DNA of 64,000 bases from an uncultured Gammaproteobacteria bacterium (GTDB lineage Bacteria; Patescibacteriota; Microgenomatia; UBA10105; UBA927). Location: assembly GCA_964639945.1 (NCBI GenBank), contig CAZXHY010000002.1, positions 183 through 64,182 on the forward strand. Direction: 5' to 3'. The notes under the pieces were generated by a model, which saw nothing but the letters and a program-made list of their open reading frames with translations, made no database searches and had not been told where the DNA came from. Both the position numbers and the translations under genes were made by a program. Positions within the stretch are counted from its first letter, which is position 1; every line of letters starts with the position of its first letter. Positions 57,401 through 64,000 of the stretch are shown here, piece by piece.

Positions 57401-60400
57401 GACGCAGCTCCCAGAATCACCCGCAGCAACTCACCCTGTGTCGTTCCATCTGCATTGATAAGATGATAGAGTGTCACAAATGCTTCCGCATTATCAGCAA
57501 AAATTCTATTTGACAGAGCTCTGGAGATTTCAGGTCTTTGTGCAACAAGATCAGTAATTTTTGGGTGATTTAACAAAGCAAATACATTTTCTGTTAAGTC
57601 TTCATGCTGAAGCATGAAGGATATAAGCGCCTGTTTATTATCATCATTCAACCACTCTGGTTTGTCTGTTTTTGCAATGTAGCTTTTTAAAATACTAACA
57701 ACTCTACCTCTGTTGATAAGTCCGGATTTAATAACTTGTGCAATTTGAGTACGGGCCATAACTGGTATATCAGAGTGGAAGATAACGGAAACAAGATCAG
57801 TTCCGAGATATGAGCCCAAAACCTCTTCAATAAGCGAAGGTTTTTGATGGTGTGTTCTGATAACCCTCTCTGCTACGGTTTGTCTTTTTTCCGATTCGAC
57901 CGTTTCGTCAAGTAAAAATGCGCGCACAGAACGAACAGGTTTAGACGAAATGGAAAAACTTTTAAAGTCGCTCTGGCTCATATCCTGCCAAAGGACAATA
58001 GCTGCACCCATACGGTTATCAGCATTATTGGTCGCATCAGACACAAAGGAACCTAAAATGTCATAAATGATAAGATAAAATTTTGGAATATATTTTCGGG
58101 ATAACACATTAATCATTTCATGCTCCAACTCCTCACTTTTTATACGTATGAAAATTTCATTAAGGAGCTCTCGCATGCCCTGCTGGCTAATATTATGAAC
58201 CCCAACAGATTCAAAATATTTCATCGTTTCAACAGGAAACTGACGAATATGTTGCTTCATTAGTTCAATAACTCGTACATCTGGATTCTTTATATTTGAC
58301 CAAAGTGATTGCACCAATGAACCATTTTCTACGTTAGTGATCCTAAGGGACGCAATTTTTTGAATAAATTGAAACGAAGCATCGTTTGGATTTTTGTAAA
58401 AATCTAAAAGCAAAATAAGCGCGTTGGTTCTAACTTCGACATCCACCTGATCATTAAACACAAGATCTGTATAGAGCTCTACAACATCATTATTAAGATG
58501 CTTTTCCCAAGAATTCATAAGTCGTAGTCGTATCGTTTCATTTACTTTTTTATTTTCTAAAATTTGTCGAGCGATAGTAACGGCTTGAGGATCACTCGGA
58601 TCCATAGACCAAACTTGTTCATAAAAAGCTGTCGTAGGACCCAAGGTTTCAAAAAAATCATCAGGTATAGTCTCTTCTCCTGCCAGTGGTTTTACTTCTG
58701 ATCTATTTTTAAGCAATAAGGGCCAAAGTGCTATCGGTTGATCTTTCAAAAAAGCATAAAATACACGGTCAATTTCTGGCCATTGTGCACTGTAGGCATC
58801 AAAGTATGAACGTGCATATTGCTTTGCATCGGGAAGATTATTTATTGCAAGGACAAAAGGTACAAACTCCGGCTGGAAATTTATATAATTCTCAAAATCT
58901 AATCGCAACACTGTGTCAGTAAAACGGCTCAGTGTGTGTATTGGCGGCAAAAAATCTGGCCTCAGAGACAGGAGGAATAGCTCTTGCTGATCGTCAGCTT
59001 GGTTCAGTATCATATTCCAAAACGCCTTTTCTCCTTCTGGAACGAGACCTGATGTAACAAACGCAGGGTCATGAAGCACTTCGTAATATATTGATTTTTT
59101 CCATTCATCCGGATGTTGCGCGTAATACACAAAAGTCGGATTCTTCTCATTAAACATTGGGAAAAATAACGTCGCAAAAAACGCAGAAGTGAAGTTCTGA
59201 CCGTTGTACGTGGGGTGAGCATTTATGTCTTTAAAAACTTGCGTTACGTTTAAAATAGTTTGTATACGAACCCCACCTACTAACGCGTCGCTTACGAATT
59301 GATTCAACCCTTTATCCTCTGACGATGCTGCCTTTAATAACTCATGAATCCTGTACAAATCAAATTTTGTTATACGTTCACCACCTCTAACTCGTTGAAG
59401 TATTTGTTCCCAAGGAAGAAGCTTGAAATGTTCTTCTTCTATACTGAATTGAAAATGCTCTAAGTTGACTTCCTCTTGCCTATACAAAAATCCCTCCTCA
59501 TGCGATTCGTCTGTGAGAAGCATATACACTTCTGCCTCAACTGGATAAATTTTGTAGAATTCCCAAAGCTTTTGTATATCCCCAACAGGAGAAGATGTGT
59601 CACGAATAAACCCTTGTCGTGCGGCCACTTTTTTAGCAAAAGGCCCCACTAATGCCATAAATGCATCAAGATCTTTTTTTAATTCGGGATTCTGGATAAA
59701 AATTTCATTATAAAATGAAGCGGTTATGCTAACTTGCGGTCGACCCTCACGAATATTTCTAAAAAATTGCTCAATCACATATTCTCGTTCGATCTGACTT
59801 CCGTTATATAATGCGCCGTAGTCAAATGCTTGATCGTAGACTTTATCTGGTACTCCATATCCTGGGGTTCCATCAGGTCGATCATAAAATTCTGGAGTTA
59901 TACTGAATGTCTTTGGAGCTAATGCGAAAACTTTCGCATTCTTCTCTAAAGGTTTCGTCGAACCATAGACAACATAGTGCTGGGCTTTATCTAGCAACCC
60001 TAAATACTCATAAAAATTATTGTATGCTCGCAACGATCCCCCAGTTATATATACCTCACTCAAAACCGAAATTGATTCACTATTTTCTAAATCAGCTAAA
60101 ACCTCGGGATAATAATATTGCATCAATGCCTTTCGGAGCGCCCCATCTACCACAGGTTCGGATGGTGCCAGAAGTCGCTGTAAATTCAACAGATCTTGAT
60201 TTGTAGGATCAGTTTCCAGCTTAAGCGCCACCTGATCTCTTGTTGTGTCTATCCATATTTCTGGTATCCCTTTGTATGCAATGGTGTTTGGTCCGATAAT
60301 ACCTTTTGGACCCTTTGTTGGCATAAGAACAAATTTTGGCATATTTGCCTCAGAAATACCAAGAATTTTACCAATGATTATTATCACTGCTTTCTGACGC

Positions 60401-63400
60401 ACACCACTATCCCCCGTCAAAATAATCGTCTGTGGACGCGACTGCAAAATGGCAGTAACTGCGCGTAAAAATGGCTCACCAGTCTCTGTTAATTGCGGCG
60501 TTATCGATACCTTGGTTTGATCTATAACTACACCACTCGACTCTTCTGAAGAATTCGCAGGATTCAATGAAAAATCAGTCGGCACTATCCCCAATCCCCC
60601 TTTATTCATCAAGAAATTCAAAATCCGATCTTGTAGAGATTTAGGCAACCAATCAAAGAATCTTCGCCATGCTACCTGCCACCAAGACGACCCGCCTATA
60701 GTTGATGGGGCTATAGTTGCATTTCTTGACGGCAACCATGCCCCAATTTGTGGCAAGATGTTAGGGTCGCTCATACCTCTATATAATAAAGACTGAATTG
60801 CTTGTAACTGAGCCACGGTCATTATCGTTTTCACATCTGGCAACACACCCAACGCCCAAGATTGTGCCTCAAGCTGAGAGAGAGCTCCAGTGGTATGCGT
60901 ATTTTCATCTAATATTTTTTGAATTTCTTCTACCATCCATGGATTTCGACGCAGTACCTCAGTAAGCCGAGATGAGTCTTGTATGTGTTCCGTGAATGAT
61001 TTGTTCGCTTGCTTTTGAGCATAGTAATCATTAAAAACTTGCGACCACGCATCAACTAACTGCTGTCTACGTGTGGATTGCTCCGCTGTCCGCTGCGCAA
61101 CCTCTGCTTGAAACCAATTATCGTTGGCACCTAAGGTGGTGCCAATTGTGTTTACAAAACGTTCAGTAAGTAGGGATAAATCCACTGCGTTCCCTTGCAC
61201 GCGGTTCATCAACAATGTAGCCAACAATCGCTCTACAAATTCCTCTGACTCCTTGCTCTCATATTCGTTTACAATCTCCTGCGCCATCTTTGTAACATCG
61301 GTATTTGGCTTGAGATAACTACGTAAAACTCCTGCAACATCAGTAACCGTCGGAGCACTTGCTTGATGAAGCGCCATAAGAATGTGTATAGCAATTATCT
61401 CTTCTATCCCAGTTTTGGTGCCCGTAGCATCGTTGGTGAGAGCACCATCCCCACCCAAGTCTGTTCGATATCGAAACTCAGCATCAACCGTCAAATCCTG
61501 TGATATTGCATAATTACCAAGTGACACAAGTGTTTTTGCTAACGCAAAATCCTCGTTTCGAGCAAAATGAGGTACGCCTCCTGCCAACCTCATACCAGCA
61601 ACTGTCGTAACAATTTGTGGCGACCCAATAGTAAGATTTCCCCCTGCGCGATTCGTAAAAATATTTTGTAGCATGTCATACACGGGATACAAATTTCGAT
61701 GAATAAGAAAATCATGAAAATTTGATGCAATAGCTTTAGAGCTTTCCGCAAAATGTTCGCTCATACCTAGGATAAGCGTCTGAAGTGAGGGTGAAGCATC
61801 ATATTGTGAAATAATGCCACTGATATACGATGTTGGAACCAACACGTCTGCATCCATCTGCGCAACTATACCTCTGTCCCCCCTTCCATTTTGAGCAAAT
61901 CTTCTCGCTGCCTCTCGAGATCCCACATCCCGCAACATTCCAAGATTTACACGCCTTTTACCATCTCTGCCATCCACATCATCAGGAACCCCTCGATAAT
62001 CTATCGTGTGTATGACTAATCCTTTGGCAAAAACCTTCTCGAGCACACTTCGTTGATATGACGTAAGACCTCTACCAGTTTGGGCAACTATACGTTTTTC
62101 AAAATCGTCAAACGCTATATGCCCCGCAAGATATTCAGCAAGTACCATGGTTTGTGCATTATCTTTTTCTATATCTGTACCTTTTGCCGACTCACCATGA
62201 TTGAGCAATAGCAACAATTCAAACCGAGAAGCATCAGCGCTTTGATTGGCAAAGCTTTCGAGGAACCGATAAATAGCATTGGTATCATATTCCTTCGCCA
62301 CAGGCACGACTACAGATATGCGAGCTTCTGGAGCCATAGGTTTTGAAATAATGCGCCTATTTGATAACGTATACGTCGTAATACGGTCTTTGATTCGCAT
62401 ACGAATTGATGGCCCTTTCTGAAGAGTTCCTGTGCTTTGATTCGAAGTGCCATTGTCAGAAAAGTTGAGTGGTACTATCCCCAACCCACCCCTATTCATC
62501 AAGAAGTTCAAAATCCTATCTTGCAAAGATTTAGGCAACCAATCAAAAAATCCTCGCCATACCCGCTGCCACCATGATGGCGCGGTATTAGTTTTTTGAT
62601 TGTCAGCAAGCAATTCAATTTTATGCCGTATCACCTCTGCTTTGTATCGATTCCCATCAGGAGTCACAAAATCCACAGTCCCGTCTGAAAGAAAATCTAA
62701 ACCTCCAGGAACTTTAAACTGATTCGGAACTTGATCTAGAAGCAATTCGTCTGCAGCAGAATCATCAACTTCGATAAGATCCTTAACTTCTTTTGGAAGT
62801 CGTATTTCTAACAATACTGGTGTTTTATCAAAGCCATTACTATCTGCGACACTTCTTACTGAATTTAACTCTACTGCATATCGCCCTGCAGATACTTCGG
62901 GCTCCTGCGAAAGATACATATACTCATCACCATCGGTTCGACCCCCAACAGTGTTTGCCTTTACAACACCTTCTACTGTTCCATGCCACAATGACAATGT
63001 CTTCGCCTGATCGAGCGCAATCTGCTCAGCCTCTTGAGAAATCTCTGCATTCTTTTTCCCTTTAATATCAACTTTACGTACTATATTTGGTTTACTCACG
63101 CCAACCACACGCCACCCATTTCCTTGTATACTTTGCACAGTTGTTTGAGGCTGAGAAATGGCAGGATCCAACACCCCAACAAGACTTTTGACCGTTTCTG
63201 TCCTATACGCAACACCTTCTATATCGATCAAATATATTTGATCTCCATCATCAGCCCAGTTGTCATATTTCATTCCGTCTTTTGTTATGAGACTTCCCCA
63301 TATCGCTTGGTCTGCAAAATCAGGATCTGCCTGTTTAGCATTTATATTAAACGTCGGAAAAAGCCTGCGCATCGGCTCATTTAATGCCTCAAGAGAAATA

Positions 63401-63924
63401 CGAGAATCAGGTTTTTTCAGTGATGCTGTTTGTTGTAAGAATGGCATTATTGCACCTATACTGTACTCCCCATTATCCATTTCGTAGTAAAACCATGTGG
63501 TATCGGGATGAAAAAATCCTTTTTGAGTGAGAAGCACCATAAGCCTCAACTGATTGATAGCTTCCTCCTCTAATTTAAAGTGGAAGGTGTTTGTTTTTTC
63601 TTGGTACACACGATCGCCTGACAATCTAAACACACGCCCTCGATCAGAATGTATTTCTATACCACTCTGCGCATACGCATCTCGCTCTGCCTTAGTTAGC
63701 TTTGGAATAGATACGCCGTATAATACCAGAGCATTTTCCTCTAAATTGCTCGACTGACCTCCATTATTGTTTAGATTCATCAATCTCGCCAAATTTGGGT
63801 CGACAATACGAGAAACCTGCTGATCTCCCCACCATTTTTTAGCTATACTCCAAGCTTTTTGTATAGGTGCAATCTGAATAAAACTCGTACTGGCTATCAT
63901 TCCAACAATAAACAAGGCTAGCAA
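54448..63924 (-). CDS. Giant (3158 aa) N-terminally membrane-anchored protein with an internal duplicated segment and an embedded GT-A-like motif pair
   Basis: A single 9.5-kb ORF with no stop and an N-terminal TM (MLALFIVGMIASTSFI). The duplicated block reads SWWQ(R/V)(V/A)WR(G/R)FFDWLPKSLQDRILNFLMN(R/K)GGLGIVP. It also carries RISVVVPVAKEYD ... QMDADVLVP. Confidence 0.8.
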   Translation of the reverse strand: MLALFIVGMIASTSFIQIAPIQKAWSIAKKWWGDQQVSRIVDPNLARLMNLNNNGGQSSNLEENALVLYGVSIPKLTKAERDAYAQSGIEIHSDRGRVFRLSGDRVYQEKTNTFHFKLEEEAINQLRLMVLLTQKGFFHPDTTWFYYEMDNGEYSIGAIMPFLQQTASLKKPDSRISLEALNEPMRRLFPTFNINAKQADPDFADQAIWGSLITKDGMKYDNWADDGDQIYLIDIEGVAYRTETVKSLVGVLDPAISQPQTTVQSIQGNGWRVVGVSKPNIVRKVDIKGKKNAEISQEAEQIALDQAKTLSLWHGTVEGVVKANTVGGRTDGDEYMYLSQEPEVSAGRYAVELNSVRSVADSNGFDKTPVLLEIRLPKEVKDLIEVDDSAADELLLDQVPNQFKVPGGLDFLSDGTVDFVTPDGNRYKAEVIRHKIELLADNQKTNTAPSWWQRVWRGFFDWLPKSLQDRILNFLMNRGGLGIVPLNFSDNGTSNQSTGTLQKGPSIRMRIKDRITTYTLSNRRIISKPMAPEARISVVVPVAKEYDTNAIYRFLESFANQSADASRFELLLLLNHGESAKGTDIEKDNAQTMVLAEYLAGHIAFDDFEKRIVAQTGRGLTSYQRSVLEKVFAKGLVIHTIDYRGVPDDVDGRDGKRRVNLGMLRDVGSREAARRFAQNGRGDRGIVAQMDADVLVPTSYISGIISQYDASPSLQTLILGMSEHFAESSKAIASNFHDFLIHRNLYPVYDMLQNIFTNRAGGNLTIGSPQIVTTVAGMRLAGGVPHFARNEDFALAKTLVSLGNYAISQDLTVDAEFRYRTDLGGDGALTNDATGTKTGIEEIIAIHILMALHQASAPTVTDVAGVLRSYLKPNTDVTKMAQEIVNEYESKESEEFVERLLATLLMNRVQGNAVDLSLLTERFVNTIGTTLGANDNWFQAEVAQRTAEQSTRRQQLVDAWSQVFNDYYAQKQANKSFTEHIQDSSRLTEVLRRNPWMVEEIQKILDENTHTTGALSQLEAQSWALGVLPDVKTIMTVAQLQAIQSLLYRGMSDPNILPQIGAWLPSRNATIAPSTIGGSSWWQVAWRRFFDWLPKSLQDRILNFLMNKGGLGIVPTDFSLNPANSSEESSGVVIDQTKVSITPQLTETGEPFLRAVTAILQSRPQTIILTGDSGVRQKAVIIIIGKILGISEANMPKFVLMPTKGPKGIIGPNTIAYKGIPEIWIDTTRDQVALKLETDPTNQDLLNLQRLLAPSEPVVDGALRKALMQYYYPEVLADLENSESISVLSEVYITGGSLRAYNNFYEYLGLLDKAQHYVVYGSTKPLEKNAKVFALAPKTFSITPEFYDRPDGTPGYGVPDKVYDQAFDYGALYNGSQIEREYVIEQFFRNIREGRPQVSITASFYNEIFIQNPELKKDLDAFMALVGPFAKKVAARQGFIRDTSSPVGDIQKLWEFYKIYPVEAEVYMLLTDESHEEGFLYRQEEVNLEHFQFSIEEEHFKLLPWEQILQRVRGGERITKFDLYRIHELLKAASSEDKGLNQFVSDALVGGVRIQTILNVTQVFKDINAHPTYNGQNFTSAFFATLFFPMFNEKNPTFVYYAQHPDEWKKSIYYEVLHDPAFVTSGLVPEGEKAFWNMILNQADDQQELFLLSLRPDFLPPIHTLSRFTDTVLRLDFENYINFQPEFVPFVLAINNLPDAKQYARSYFDAYSAQWPEIDRVFYAFLKDQPIALWPLLLKNRSEVKPLAGEETIPDDFFETLGPTTAFYEQVWSMDPSDPQAVTIARQILENKKVNETIRLRLMNSWEKHLNNDVVELYTDLVFNDQVDVEVRTNALILLLDFYKNPNDASFQFIQKIASLRITNVENGSLVQSLWSNIKNPDVRVIELMKQHIRQFPVETMKYFESVGVHNISQQGMRELLNEIFIRIKSEELEHEMINVLSRKYIPKFYLIIYDILGSFVSDATNNADNRMGAAIVLWQDMSQSDFKSFSISSKPVRSVRAFLLDETVESEKRQTVAERVIRTHHQKPSLIEEVLGSYLGTDLVSVIFHSDIPVMARTQIAQVIKSGLINRGRVVSILKSYIAKTDKPEWLNDDNKQALISFMLQHEDLTENVFALLNHPKITDLVAQRPEISRALSNRIFADNAEAFVTLYHLINADGTTQGELLRVILGAASRDFLQDPISTFRAVINMHDSTQGVILGRTFNTAHQTIVNSIGGNESDYIAVIVDRGELGIDRVDNGRMTPKMRRTLADYAVRVLLQEGAYPNWRFSFRDRERQENLTLADVAAGKLDDIVNPYAQIPQVFLSYPIKFTSTQPQHEIRGNIYLFNSREGLTVSIPDESFTNTQELATRLIRLEFEAGTIVRLELGIGSNQKITNTTLGELAGTSDDFVYLVGDTFIQHLDIGDEDLLVGAVSASRLVFVRNEGTRFVIDRKTLNDDLKAGVYSFGLPTPEISYTTLDLKQKLSYMNAAVTEVRYAGVSGQQFIGIITNDGRLLWTKETNAHNVLLQKSGLVEPMTSAKIIHGTNNIWTVGGTTQGIQMLMYYMSVHGFSDATVVDLTPNDQLGVHVVGKLSDIRVSHPEFFKPQDVEEHSLLQSLGEQEIPENKLEEVAKSVIDRVTGAVCDGGSVGFVTKVYAQSLSGQNRVSGICQFAQTLSSFIWKSVYHEVVDLWTSRYASDENIFEILLQRNRPVISSATKNEANHTGIQIVIQSIKNDGCFSFNPFVKKVYAMGGDPTCAPIFMSRNALAREIRDNVSFREGIQKEITRRTGVRFVMSKKGAGPEGCKFPKCIRVDRALLYVAISQLVLGDWNTRWIAVLGKELMNEYVSEACKPVIYAAFHDIDRGDVNPQMAKEALTALMQGDEACKQLQGKWDYNMHYSFVVGDVEWEIRKDEDGRLLYFTSDPELIAFLHLEKDGEILPAIIIDPIEQGAIVDFSDWDAVLAAYARMGKSLNDPVYIQYLATNIPDAQLNKLNGVAQPDFLTQIHSQVVTPWLVEENGEVRFMTTPNQGISEYENAMRILWPFDYTTSFVGYSYKGNTNLTESMAKNFMRSNQYGGTNKLMYMGLVGANETGQAVQILIPPEMLWSVSLKDQLEDQLITQGIDSEIGIKDPINDWMANLNGLNAFQTSSQPLDYETWEGIFKYVDQEKYFVLIH
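60581..60690. repeat. Copy A of a ~110-nt intragenic direct repeat (about 85% identical to copy B)
   Basis: ggcactatccccaatccccc...ttcatcaagaaattcaaaatccgatcttgtagagatttaggcaaccaatcaaagaatcttcgccat, compared with 62471..62580. Confidence 0.85.
62471..62580. repeat. Copy B of the intragenic direct repeat
   Basis: ggtactatccccaacccacc...ttcatcaagaagttcaaaatcctatcttgcaaagatttaggcaaccaatcaaaaaatcctcgccat. Confidence 0.85.
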
Positions 63925-64000
63925 TCCTGTTTTTAAACCCTTTCCTAATTGCGTTAACCATCGCCATAGCGCTTCAAATGACCAACCACGAGATTTTAAT

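Noticed and set aside
54448-63924. Whether the 3158-aa ORF is a polymorphic toxin, RHS or RTX-type protein
   Set aside because: No RHS/YD repeats, no GGxGxD nonapeptide repeats, no PAAR, no LXG or WXG, and no recognisable C-terminal toxin motif were seen. The only internal repeat is the single duplicated W/F-rich block. The call stays as a giant surface protein.
1-64000. CRISPR array, tRNA, rRNA or transposase search
   Set aside because: No direct-repeat and spacer periodicity was seen. No cloverleaf-like tRNA candidates fit in the few short intergenic gaps. No DDE or serine-recombinase motifs were found in any ORF. The only tandem repeat (408-455) is coding.

Overview
The window is a dense, almost entirely coding stretch (~50 genes, no rRNA, tRNA, CRISPR or transposase seen) from what looks like an uncultivated bacterium. 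It uses the standard genetic code and has few Shine-Dalgarno motifs. Its 3158-aa ORF and the over-representation of polytopic GT-C glycosyltransferases (about 13) and YfhO-family proteins suggest, by inference only, a CPR/Patescibacteria-like or similar lineage. Two things dominate. First, positions 1035-13667 on the minus strand hold a tightly packed array of 10 diversified paralogs of an unrecognised, membrane-anchored, Cys/His-rich protein family. The shared signature is C-x-H-x3-H-x2-GE, then GC-x-HG, then C-[YF]-HG-x-GH-[GA], then C-x2-GVFME. A GT-C glycosyltransferase gene sits inside the array, and two more family members lie at 24403-25392 and 26943-27989, the first flanked by duplicated SAM-methyltransferase genes. 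Second, positions ~15.7-54.4 kb form an unusually large lipid-carrier-dependent glycosylation island. It has at least 13 GT-C-fold membrane glycosyltransferases (several in paralog pairs), two YfhO-family proteins, six DPM1/GtrB/ArnC-like GT2 enzymes, three DegT/ArnB-type aminotransferases, a hexapeptide acetyltransferase, an NDP-sugar C-methyltransferase-like enzyme, a cupin RmlC/FdtA-like enzyme and three paralogous SAM methyltransferases. These are arranged as at least three ArnB/ArnC/ArnT-like modules. The window ends with a 3158-aa giant membrane-anchored protein (54448-63924, minus strand) that carries a ~110-nt internal direct repeat and an embedded GT-A-like (N-E ... DAD) segment. It starts with a 5'-truncated ORF ending in a 12-nt x4 tandem repeat encoding (AFYP)n. 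All functional calls are motif-level judgements read from the translations, and none could be checked by search.
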